Position numbers and translations under genes: made by a program. Below are positions 52,540 through 64,000 of a DNA stretch of 64,000 nucleotides, one piece after another (positions within the stretch are counted from its first letter, which is position 1; every line of letters starts with the position of its first letter). Source of the DNA: Narcine bancroftii (lineage: Eukaryota); contig NC_091476.1 of assembly GCF_036971445.1 (NCBI RefSeq), positions 159,464,001-159,528,000 of the forward strand. Reading direction: 5' to 3'. The notes beneath the pieces were generated by a model. It searched no databases. It worked only from the letters and a program-made list of their open reading frames with translations, and had not been told where the DNA came from.

Positions 52540-53400
52540 ACTCATTCTTGATTCATCATCTATGTTAACGACATGGATGACAATGTAATTAACATGGTTC
52601 ATATGTTTTCAATGCCTGTAAAACTGGTGATACAGTGGACAGTGAAGAAGGTTGTCAGAGAATACAATAGGATCTAGATCAACTGGAAATGCGAGCCAAG
52701 GAATAACAGATGGAATTTAACACAGATAAGTTACCCAGGACAGACTTGCACACTAAATAGAGAGTGTTGTGGAACAGAGAGACCAAGGAATACAGGTTTA
52801 CAGTTCCATGAAAATTATGACACAAATAGACAATATGGGGAAGACGGCATTTGGCCCACTTGTTTTCATCAGTCAGGTCATTGAGTACAGGACATCATAT
52901 AACAACCATACAGAACATTGGTGAGACCACATTTGGAGTATTGCATGCAATTTACATCACTCAGCTTTGGGAAAGATATCATTAAACTGGAAAGGAAGCA
53001 GAAAACATTCACAATGTTGTTACCATGGCTGGAGGACTTGATATACAAGGAGAGGTGAGGATTTATTTCCCTAGAATATAGGAAGTTGAGTGGTATACTG
53101 ATAATGTAATCTTTCTTAGGGTAGTGGAGCCTAAAATGAGAAGACATCCATTTAAACATGAAAAGGGAAAGAGCCCGGGGAGGGTGGGGGGGTGATTTTT
53201 TGACACACAGGACACTGTGTATGTGGAACAAGCTGCCAGAGAGGGCATAATTACATTTAGACAGGTACAAGGACAAGAAAAGTTTAGAGGCATTTAGGAC
53301 AAAGGCAGGCAAATGTGCCTGGCTTAGGTGGACAACTTGGCTGGCCTGGACCATTTTGGCAGAAGAGACTTTCCATGTTGTACAACTTTGTGACTCTGTT
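52540..53400 (+). mobile_element. CR1 LINE 3' fragment
   Basis: Y.NDMDD...RIQ*DLDQLE, TLVRPHLEYC; tail TTCCATGTTGTACAACT.TGTGACTCT. Confidence 0.85.
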
Positions 53401-53589
53401 ACTCTCCAGTTCCTTGCACTAAGGGTGAACAAATCCCCAGGAAAACATATGCCAGATCTTTAATTGTGAAGAGATTAATTAGGAATTTATTTTAGTTTTC
53501 AGGTTGTAATATTGACCTTTTGTGCCAAGTTGACCAGTGGTACATACATCAAAAATAATTAAGAGTTTTGAAAGGCTGGTGTTGAAGCA

Positions 53590-54495
53590 TATATCAGATC
53601 CTCTTTATTGACTACAATTCAGCATTCAACGCCATAATCCCCTCAAAATTGATCAGCAAACTCCAAGACATGGGACACAACACTCCACTGTATAAATGGA
53701 TCTTGAATTTCTTCACCTCCAGACACAATCATTGATGATTGGTAAGAACATCTCCTCCACAATCTTCTTCAATCCTGCATTCTTAGCCCCCTGCTCTACT
53801 CACTTTACACCTACAACTGTGTGACTTGGTATGACAATAACACCATCTACAAATTTGCTCACAATATCACGGAAGTGGGTTGTATAAAAAAGGCTGATGA
53901 GGCAGCATACAGGAGGGAGATTGAAAACTCGACTCAATGTAACCAAAACTAGGGAGCTGTGTTGATTTCAGGAAAGGAAAATCAGAGGTGCATGATCCAA
54001 TGAATATTGGGCAATCAGACGTGGAGAGGGTAAGCAAATTCAAGCTCTTGGGAGTCACTGTCTTGGAGGATCTTTCCTGGACTCACACACTAATGGCATT
54101 GTGAAGAAAGAACATCAGCACCTCTAAAACTTTACAAAAGATTGAGGACAGAGCCTTTTACATCACAGGCAAAATCCTCCCCATCATTGAGAAAGAACAT
54201 CCACAGGGAATGCTTCTGTCGGAGAACAGCAGCAATCATCAAGGATCCACACCACCCAGCCCACACACTGTTCTCACTATTACCATGAGGAAAGAGGTCT
54301 AGGTGCCACAAGATTTGTGCCACCAGGTTCAGAAACAGCTACTACCCCTCCACCATCAGACTCCTCACTATCATTTAAGGGCTCGAACTTTTACAAATTA
54401 TTGATTTTCAATTCTATTTGTATTGTACAGTCATTTTGTTTATATTTCTTTATTTGTTTACATGTGTACATTGAGTACAATTTTGTTTTGCACTA
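53590..54495 (+). mobile_element. Rex/Babar LINE fragment
   Basis: LFIDYNSAFNAIIP.KL..KL, LSPLLYSLYT, IIKDPHHPAH; same family as 51185-51850. Confidence 0.85.
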
Positions 54496-54630
54496 CTGGC
54501 ACAATTGGCTTGGTGGTTAGCACTACGGTGCCAGCGATCAGGACCAGGGTTTGAATGTTCTCCCCGTGACTGCGTGGGTTTCTTCCTGGGGCTCCGGTTT
54601 CCTAACCAACCGTTTGAAACATCCTGAACA
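54495..54630 (+). mobile_element. V-SINE fragment
   Basis: V-domain GTTCTCCCCGTGACTGCGTGGGTTTCTTCCTGGGGCTCCGGTTTCCT. Confidence 0.8.
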
Positions 54631-54962
54631 GTGATCAAAGTTCTGCCCCATTTTGCTAGCTACCAAAATATTAAATGTTTCTGAATGTTCAAAGCTCTGC
54701 AATAGTAAGGAAATAATTCTATATAATAAAAATGTCAGGTGGATTCATAAAAACTTAATACACAAAACAAAACACACAATTGTTACTAATCTGGAGCGGG
54801 ATCCAGATTATAGGATCCTTCGCTCTCGAAGCAGTAGGCCCAAGGCTGTGACCCTGCTGAACCTTAAATCCCAGTGCTGAGTGGGACTGCACTTACATTG
54901 AACTCTCTGTACTTTTAGATTTGTTGCTTGCAGTATACAGTTGTTTTTATTTGCATGTAATT

Positions 54963-55113
54963 CTTCTTCTTTGGCTTGGCTTCGCGGACGAAGATTTATG
55001 GAGGGGGTAAATGTCCACGTCAGCTGCAGGCTCGTTTGTGGCTGACAAGTCCGATGCGGGACAGGCAGACACGGTTGCAAGGGAAAATTGGTTGGTTGGG
55101 GTTGGGTGTTGGG
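54963..55113 (-). mobile_element. Young truncated RTE 3' end with a perfect 17-bp TSD
   Basis: Reverse complement of ~31500-31656 with a (GAA)n tail; TSD TTTATTTGCATGTAATT at 54946-54962 and 55114-55130. Confidence 0.95.
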
Positions 55114-55812
55114 TTTATTTGCATGTAATTAGTTGTATTGCATATAACACTTTTTGAAAACTCCTGGTTGGATGCTAATTGTATTTCCTTCCCTTCATAT
55201 TTTCCTTGGCACAATGACAACAAACTTGAGCCTATCTATCTAATCAATCTATTTATTTCGGAGTTGATTCCAAGAGCAAATGCTGTGATAGAGATTGTTT
55301 TGAAAAAACTGGCAATGGTACAGCAACTGCAGCCCAGTAAAACCTGATGGCATCTGTAAACATTCTCAATGAATGTAAATCTAGTGGATCTATGATTCTC
55401 CTCCCTGCCTCAGCATCATTTTGTGGCTTTGAGGTGGCACTATTTCAACATTTTTCCAACTATCACACCCAAAACGTCTTCCTGTTCCAGCTCATTGAAT
55501 TGCATATCGCTCCCTTGAGTTGATAATGATCGCTGAGACCCAGTCAGAGTATTAAAACATCTATGAACATATCTGAGGGATGCCTGGCATTGCCTGAGTC
55601 CAAAGCTCCATGAGTCGTATACATTAACTGGCTGCTGTTTGGTTTGTTCAAGAGGAAAAACAGAAAATGCGACACTGACAATTTATACAGCCTCAGTAGT
55701 CTGCTCTTTATAATGCAAGGTAGATACTCACAGACCTTGGTTATCCGTGTCAGTCTAAGGAATCTCAAATCAAAATTAATGTGAAGCAAACAGCTTAACC
55801 AAATCATTGAAA

Positions 55813-58800
55813 TGTAGCGATAGCTTCAAGGGGGAAACGAGAGCAGACCTACACGCTGGAGTCAGTTTCGTTTCCAACGGTATATTTGAAAAAGCCCGTG
55901 CTGTGCCTTATAAGCCGGCCGTCAAGTCCCACCCCTGTGTTGGCGGTAACACGACGATGCAGCCGAGTGCACGTGCGTGGCCCCATGAGAGAAGCAAAAC
56001 CCGGCAACGCCATCTTGACGCAGCTGCTCAGCTGCTGCAATTTGCGGCACCACACAACCACCCCCCCCAGAACTGGCTCTAGTGTCCTGCTGCCCTTGGG
56101 CGCTGTGGAGTCGTGCCTTTAGGCGGTCGCCCTATCATTTGGACTGTGCTGGTACGATCTGCTGGCTGAGGTCCAGATGTGCTGGTTTCAGTCTGTCTGC
56201 TGTGAACATTTCCTCCCTACCCCCAATGTCCAGAGCAAAGGTTTTGCCAGAGTTGCACAGGACCTTGTACGGGTCTTCATAGTGTCGTTGGAGGGGGTGG
56301 AATGTAGGCTGCAGCGGACAAATACAAAGTCTGCAGTTGATAAGTTTGTGGGGATGGATGCCGGCAGGTAACCATGGGATGAGGGTGGCGGGAGGGGGGG
56401 GGGGTGTGCAAATGAGGCTAACCTGTCCCATAGGTCCTGTAACGATACTTTCCCCTCGGTGCCTGAATATCGGGACAGTGGGAAGGATTCGCCTGGCAGG
56501 GGCACCGTAAACCAATTCCACTGAAGATGCCTGTAAATCCTCTTTAGGTGCCATCCTAAAGCCCAGTAGGACCCAGGGAAGCTTTTCCACCCAAATGGGG
56601 CCATTTAAATGGGCCATGAGGGCTGACATCATGTGGCAGTGGAAACGCTCGACGAGTCCATTGGACTGTGGGTGATAGGCAGTGGTGTGGTGCAGCTTGA
56701 TTCCCACGAGCATTGAGAGCTGTGTCCACAGTGCTGACATAAACTGCGCCCCTCTGTCGGTGGTTATGTGGGCTGGTACCCAAAACCTTGCAAATCAATG
56801 CGTGAACAGTGCCCTGGTGCAGGAATCAGTTGAGGTGTCCTTTAGAGGAATGGTCTCTGGCCATCTCATGGAGCAGTCTATTACTGTGAAGAGGTACCGG
56901 GCATCTCGGGAGATGGACAGTGGGCTCACGATGTCAACATGTATATGTTTGAACTGTCTCTTCGAAGGGTTGAACTGGTGGACTGGAGTCTTGACATGAC
57001 AGTGGACTTTGGATGACTGACATTGGGTGCAATTGCAAGCCATCTGAGTGACTTGTTTTCTCAGGTCATGCCACATGAACCTCTCTGCTACCATACAGGT
57101 TGTGGTTTTTATGGACAGGTGTGCAAGGTCATGAATGGCCTTGAAAACTTGGTGTCTCCATTGCTGTGGCATTACCGGGCACAGTGCGCCAATGGAGACA
57201 CACAGAAGTGTGTCAGGGCTGTCTGGCAGACTGAGGTCTTCAAAGTGGAGGCCAGTGATGGCTGTGCAGAAGGCCTGCATTTCCTCGTCCTCTTTTTGGG
57301 CCTGTGCCAGCTGAGAGTAGTTCAGCCCAAGGGAAAAGGACTGGATGGCAGGCCAGGAGAGTATGTCATTCACGACATTGTCCTTGCCGGAGAAGTTCTG
57401 GATGGTGGTGGTGAACTCTGATATATAGGATAGGTGGCTTTATTGGCATGCTGACCAGGGGTCCTTGGCCATGGCGAAGGCGTGGGTGAGGGGCTTGTGG
57501 TCCGTAAACACCGTGAACAGCCTGCCCTCCAGGAAATACCAAAAGTGCCTGATAGCCAGGTAGAGTGCCAGGAGCTCCCTGTCGAACATGCTGTATTTAA
57601 GTTCGGGGGGGGCGCAGGTGGCAGCTGAAAAAGGCCAGTGGCTTCCACTGACCTTCAAAGGATTGCTCAAGGATGCCCCCAATGGCCGTTGCTGATGCAT
57701 CTACGATGAGTGCCGTAGATACGTCCGATCTGGGATAAACCAGCAAGGTGGCGCTGGCCAGGGTATTCTTCATCCTGGTGAAAGCTGTGTCGGCCTCCTC
57801 CATCCACGCTAGGGTTTTCCTTTTAGTTGATATCTTGGCAAATAGTGGTCTCATGATGCAAGCCACCCACGGGATGAATCGGTTAGAGAAGTTAACCATT
57901 CCCGTGAATTCCTGGAGGCCTTTGAGGGTGTTGGGGCAGGTGAACAGGCGTATTGGCTGTGAGCTTCTCTGCTGATGGTGCCGCCCCGTTCGCGGTGATA
58001 GTGTGGCCCACGAACTGCACGGAGTCTTTCCCAAATTGGCACTTCACCATGTTGACCGTGAGTCCAAACTGTGACAGGTGAGCAAAAAGTCTGCGGAGAT
58101 GGTCCTTGTGCTCCCCATGGTCCTTGCTTGTGATAAGTATGTCATCCAAGTAGATGAACATAAAGTCCAAGTCTCTGCCCACTGTATCCATCAAGCGCTG
58201 AAAGGTTTTTGCCGTGATCTTGAGGCCAAAAGGCAAGCAGAGGAATTTGAAATGTCCGAAGGGGGTGATAATTGCCGTCTTGCCAATGTCGTTTGGTTGG
58301 ACTGGGATTTGGTGATAGCCACGCACCAAATCAACTTTGGAGAACACCTTCGCGCCATGAAGTTTGGCCGTGAAGTCCTGAATGTGTGGAACTGGGTAGC
58401 GGTCAGGTGTAGTGGAGTCGTTAAGGCAGCAGTAATCCCCACAGGATTGTCAACCGCCCAAAGATTTGGGGAGCATGTGTGGCGGGGACACCCACAGACT
58501 GTCGGACCTGCAGACTATGTCCAACTCTTGCATCCAGGAAAATTCCTCTTTGGCCAACTGCAATTTGTCTGGAGGAAATCACCTGGCTTTGGCGTGGAAC
58601 TGGAGCCACTGGGTCAATATGTGGTGTAGCACCCCATGCTGTGGCATGGTGGAAGTGAATTGCAGCCTGAGGATAGCCAGGAATTCATCCAGGATGCAGC
58701 TGTACTCGTCCTTAGGGGTTGCAGGCGACAGTAGCTTTGAGTTGGACAGTTTGGAAAGTCTGGGCATGCACTAGGTGCTTGGCTTTCACATCCACCAACA

Positions 58801-59995
58801 GGCTGTGCGCCCGAAAGAAATCAGCACCGAGGAGCGATGAGTGAAATTCTACCGGAACTTCTCGTTGCCAAGCTGTATTTGCACGTTGCACTTGCCAAAG
58901 GTTTTAATGGTAATGTTGTTTGCCACCCGAGCGTGGGGCCTCATGGTGGCGTTCGTATCTCCAGAGCGGTTGGTGGGATGACACTGAGTTTGGCACCCGT
59001 GTTGATCAGGAACCATCGGCCACTAATTTTATTGGTGACATGCAGAAGGCTATTGGTGTAGTCAGCTGTCACGGTGATTAGCGACGGCTGGCCTGGCCAT
59101 TTTCCGGAAATGAGCAGGGTTGTCTGTATTTACGTGCCTGTGCCCCCCAGCGTTGGAGATAAAACACCAGGTAGTGTTTGGTGCCTCTGCCGGCTTGCTG
59201 GGGCGCGGTTGTTCCCGGTTGGAGTTGGGGCGCGACACCTAGCTCATGGCAGACTTATTTTTGCATTTTGTGCGCCACAGGACATCTGCTCTGGCCGTGA
59301 CCTTGCGTGGGTCCAAGAAGTCCTCATCTGCTAACTGCGACTGTATATTGTCCAGCATCTGGACTAGGAAAGCCTGCTCAATCATGAGGCATGGCTTGTG
59401 GCCCTTTGCCAGCGTGAGCATTTTGTCCATGAGGGCGGGTGGTGCTCTGTCTCCCAGGCCATCTAGGTGCATGAGCCTGGTGGCACGCTGGTGCCTGGAC
59501 AGGCTGAAGCTACTTAAGAGGAGCTTCTTGAGAGCTGGGTATTTACCTTCCTCCAGGGGGTCGTGTTTCAGATGTCCACTCTGGCTGAGGTTTCTTGGCT
59601 GAAGGTGCTGACGACATGGTAGAACATTGTAGAGTCAGAGATGATCTGCCGGAGGTGGAATTGTGCTTCTACTTGCCCGAACCAAGTGCATGGGCGAAGC
59701 GTCCAGAAGGACGGTCATTTCATAGCCACTACATTGACAGCTGCAGTGTCCATGATTTAGAGTCGGGGTCACCAACTGTAGCGGTAGCTACAAAGGGGAA
59801 ATGAGAACAGAGACTACACACTGGAGTCAGTTTCGGTTCCAACAGTTTATTCGAAAAAGCCTGCGCTGTGCCTTATAAGGCGGCCGTCATCCCACACCTG
59901 CATTGGCGGTGACATGACAACATAGCCGAGTGCATGTGCGCAGCCCCTCTGCCCATGAGGGATGCAAAAACCGGCCACGGAGCCAGTTCACCACA
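55813..59995 (-). mobile_element. Gypsy LTR retrotransposon 3, near full length, frameshifted gag-pol
   Basis: LTRs 55813-56054 and 59777-59995; PBS TGGTGACCCCGAC; G-run PPT at ~56061-56068; [16 protein letters not shown]...YLDDIL, RNase H VDASATAIG and DRELLALY...FTDHKPL, integrase HIHVDIV and TTAYHPQSNGLVERFH. Confidence 0.96.
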
Positions 59996-60299
59996 AAAAC
60001 ACATTTAGAAATCATCTTTAATGAGACACTTCTATCAAGGATGTTTCATTGATGTTACTGAAGTTTGGCACTAGGCCAGATTATTTGGACAGAAGCTGTA
60101 TAGTGATCACGGACAAGGTTTTAAGGTGTATTTTAAGCAGGAAAAATGGAAAAGCAGAGATAGAGGGAAGTTAACTGTAGTCTTCCAACCTTCAACAAGC
60201 ATGCATCTGTAAGGGATGCAGACCTTCCACATGGATATACAATACCATCCATAATGTTTAGGACAAAGATACTTTCTTTTCCTTTATTTGCCCCTTTGC

Positions 60300-60905
60300 T
60301 GCACAGTTTTAAATTTGTAATCAAACAATTCTCATGTGATTAAAGTGCATATTCCAGATTTTATTCAATTTTATCTTTCGGTTTAACCATGTAGAAAATC
60401 ACAGCACTTTTCATACATCATCCCCTCATTTCAGGTCACCATAATATTTGGGTCATAGCAATGATATGTATATTAAAATAGTTGTGTTTAGTACTTAGTT
60501 GCATTTCCCTTGCAATGACTGCCTGAAGTCTGTGATTCATAGACATCACCAAATGCTGAGTATCTTCTCTGGTGATTCTCTGCCAGGCCCTCTCTGCAGC
60601 TGTCTTCAGCTCCTGTTTGTTTCGGGGGATTGTCCCCTTAAGTTTTCTCTTCAGCATATGGAAGACACGTTCATTTAGATTAAGATCAGGCCAGTCAAGA
60701 ATCTTTTTAGCTTAGAAAAACTCCTTTTATTGCATGAGCGGTATGTTTGGGATCATTGTTTTGCCATAGGATGAAATGCCTTCCAAATTCATCTTGTTAC
60801 TGCCATCAGCAGTTGTATCATCAATCTGTGGCAGCCATACATCCCCAGGCCATATCACCCCCATGTTTAACAGATGAGGTGGTATGCTTTGGATTTTAGC
60901 CAGTT
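60300..60905 (-). mobile_element. Tc1-family transposase fragment
   Basis: Minus strand SVKHGG...AWGCMAA and PDLNL.E.VFHMLKRKLKG..PRNKQELKTAAERAWQRITREDTQHLVMSM..RLQAVI match the Tc1 DDE domain and C-terminus; internally deleted. Confidence 0.88.
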
Positions 60906-61049
60906 CGTTTGGAGCACAAGGGTAAACAAAGGAAAAAAGTGTCTGTCCATAAAACCAGGGCTTCCAAAGACAGAAATAGTGCAGATGATGCCCAAACATT
61001 CCAAATGGCCACCATGTTTCATACACAGCATCTGCAATCTTATAAAAAC

Positions 61050-61495
61050 AAACGGTGAATGCTGGAGGAACATGGCCACCATGTTTCATACACAGCATCC
61101 ATAGAAGTTAAAGATATATCATCAACATTTCAGTCCCGAGCCATTCCTAAAAGTATAAGCAAAGAGCAGACAGTTGTCTGAAAAAAAGACAGAGAGAAAG
61201 GGAGAAGAATGGGAGGAGGCAGAGTCCAGACCAACAAACAAAAGGTGTTAATTGGATACAATAAGAGGAAAAGTGATCATTGAAAGGAGAGGAAAAGTGA
61301 TCATTGAAAGTGATCATTGAAAGAGAGAGGACTGGAGAACAGGGGAATGAAGATGGCACTGGTGGGGGGGGGGAGGAGGTTTAAAGGAAACCAGAGTGCT
61401 TTATGTTAATACCATCCAGTTGTAGGGTTCCCAGACAAAAGATGAGATGTTGTTCCTCCAATTTGTGGGTGGTCTCAGTCTGGCACCATTCACCC
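61050..61495 (-). mobile_element. Penelope-like element 3' fragment
   Basis: Minus strand HKLEEQHLIFCLGTLQLDGINI, followed by the same terminal sequence as 12300-12660. Confidence 0.85.
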
Positions 61496-62295
61496 CTTGT
61501 GAATGGCTTGGAATCCTTTTTCCCAAGGTTACGTTCAGGTAGCTGATTGTGATTCACGAGCTAACACTCCTTGATGTTAAAGCACATTCACGCAGATGTT
61601 CCACTACTATATTATAATCTCTTCCTCCACCCCCACCTCCAACGTCCCGCACAAAAAAATCTACAATTTCAATGGCATTTAATACTGAAAATAAATGAAA
61701 GAGTGAAACTGTATCCTGGAGTGCTAGTGATGTTATTGTCAAGGACTAGTTCCTCCATGAACTTTTAAACCCCGGCACTCAAATAGATAAGAGATTGCAT
61801 AGAGCGGATTAATTGGCTGCTGTTGCTCTCGTGCGGAGGTTTCTGGAAAGCAAGTAGTGAACTTGCATCAATTATGATTACATCACCTTTAGAAGTGGGC
61901 AAATTTGTGACAACTGCAATTATTTCAAGGAAATAGGAAAACATTCCATCATTAATAAAATGTCCAGCATTTTTATTTCCTTATGTAAGGCAAAAAAAAA
62001 CAAATCGCATTTCTCAGAGTGCTTTCGCATGATAGCAGGAGGTAAGATGAGTGCCAGACATTGGGAGATGCACTAAACACATAGGCTTGTGTTGGCACTG
62101 AGTCAAAAAGCAGTCTGAAAATGATGAGAGGAGCTCAGCACACAATGGCACAGGTATTAGTGGAAATAGATTCTGACTGGACTTTTATCGCAGCTAATTG
62201 GGAAAAGTTTATTCCCCCCTGCCCCCTAATTAACCTACATTCTTTATTTTTAAATCCCAATCACAGCTGTAAAAATAGAGTGCTAGTGATAATCC

Positions 62296-62314
62296 TGACC
62301 ACTAGAGGGAGTCA
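62296..62314 (+). promoter_or_regulatory. Candidate CTCF site
   Basis: TGACCACTAGAGGGAGTCA closely fits the CTCF core CCASYAGRKGGC(A/G), in non-repetitive sequence. Confidence 0.45.
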
Positions 62315-63699
62315 GAGATCAGTTGTTGCAGCTAGGAGTAGATTCAAAGGGGATGCCTTCACGAGTTTGTGAGTGAGAACTCTAGCTAATAAAGTATAGT
62401 TGTAATAAAAGAACCCAAGTTTATTTCAATAGAAGAAACATCGCATCAGCTATATCAAAAATTTGAGTAAAACAGTTTCTATAATTTCCAAAGAGGGAAA
62501 TCCTAAAGTCTGGATAACAGATTCTTTATTATTTCCAAAGCCAATAAGGTATCAAAAGGTATTATGTTTTTATTCTGCTTTAGAGAATTTATCTCTCATG
62601 GTTGTGTTATCAGGGGTATTAGGACTGAGAATGAAACAACCATTATAAACAGTGCTGTTAGCTGGAGTGGGAGGCTGAGGGTGAAGGAACTATTTGAAGT
62701 ACATGGTCTTGGAATTATAGCACATTAAAACAAGTCATCTGAGAGACACTATGGATAGCATGGTGACACAACGGCACTGCAGTGAAGCACCATTATGTGG
62801 GGAAAAGAGGAAATGCAACACAAGTTAGAATTTACTTGGTGCTGAATTAAAGACCTGAGCAACACTGACACCAGGTTCTCCCCTGCATTAAAATAGAACG
62901 ATGTCATTCATTTATTCTACCATTGACCATGTTGGGTACTTAATGCAACTGTGACAGAGCCCTGGAACAAAATTAGGTGGCTTATCCCCATTCTCCACAG
63001 CTGAAGTCAGAGGAGAAAAATAAATGCACAAATTATAAAGGTTACAGCTCAAGAAACAATACTTTGCTTTTGAGCTTGTAAATATAATTGTTCTCGTTTC
63101 AATTATATTTTTCCTGTAATTGACTGAATAAACTTGGGTGCTTTATATCTTCAATGAAAAAAATGCCCTGTGCTGTATGATTTTCACTGTGTAATTTCTT
63201 TATATGGATTATCAGGACTTTGGTATCGGATGTTTAAAGCTGCTGTGTCATGCACTCATGTGAGTTTGAAAGTAGCTTGAACAGGATACAAATTAGATCT
63301 TGGTTTTAACATTTTTTGCAAATGCCAAATAAAGTGTTAGATCATAACTTGAATTACAATGCAAGGTTTGGAAATGTTATGTATTTACCTCATCAAATGT
63401 TAATTATGATAAATAAACAATACCTGAGATTCTCAGGTATTAGACCTGCAAACCCACCAACTACAGCAAGGGCCATATCAAATGGAAATGAAAGTCTAGT
63501 TTGATGCACAGATGTGGAGCTGAAAAAGCTGTGTTCTTCATGATTTCTTATACATAATCATTACCATACTCTGCACTTGCCCATCCAGAGGGATGGATAT
63601 ATGCTGGAGCACAAAAGCTGTGAAAAGATGAACACTTTCTATTTCATAACAAACCCAAAGAACTTCAAAGACCCAAAATGTTGAATGTTGTGTTATACA

Positions 63700-64000
63700 C
63701 ACACAAAAAAAAAACATTAAATGCTGGCCACACTCAGGTCAGGCAGCATCTGTGGAAAGAGAAAAAGAGTTGACATTTCAGGTCAAAAAAAAATCATATT
63801 AGTATTAAGTTTATCTCAAAGCTGGGAGGAATTTAAACAATGAAGTGAAACAAGAAATTTTGCAGATGCGGTGATTGTAGTAAGAACACAGAAATCCTGG
63901 CAGAACTCAGCAAGTCTCACAGTAATGATATATAATTGGGGTTTAGGGGCCTTGAAGAAGTTCTCAGGCCCGAAACATCGGTTATATATCGTTACCTCCT
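63700..64000. mobile_element. Cluster of Penelope-like terminal fragments in both orientations
   Basis: 63715-63790 and 63850-63935 match the terminus on the minus strand; 63950-64000 matches it on the plus strand. Confidence 0.75.

Noticed and set aside
61004-61100. Short direct repeats (CCACCATGTTTCATACACAGCATC x2; also 5998-6031 and 61264-61323)
   Set aside because: Ordinary local duplications or slippage at TE edges.
1-64000. Listed six-frame ORFs as host genes
   Set aside because: Nearly all ORFs over 100 aa are TE remnants (Gypsy, L1, CR1, Rex, RTE) or their antisense shadows.

Overview
Eukaryotic, AT-rich, repeat-dominated genomic DNA. The repeat content (V-domain HE1-like SINEs, CR1, L1, Rex/Babar, RTE and Penelope-like elements) suggests a cartilaginous fish (ray or shark); this is an inference. 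Most of the window is decayed and often nested transposable elements: three related minus-strand Gypsy LTR retrotransposons (tRNA-Trp-type PBS), two solo LTRs, one near full-length and several partial L1s, many CR1 and Rex/Babar fragments, young RTE copies, Penelope-like elements with GIY-YIG remnants and minimal hammerhead-ribozyme-like cores, Tigger-, hAT- and Harbinger-like MITEs, and a Tc1 fragment. There are two assembly gaps. I could not identify any intact host gene, rRNA, tRNA or CRISPR array; a few low-confidence exon candidates suggest the window may be intronic. I found no convincing wholly new biological system. The most interesting leads are the ribozyme-like cores in Penelope termini, the dimeric palindromic MITE, the solo LTR with a duplicated 5' end, and the candidate minus-strand exons.
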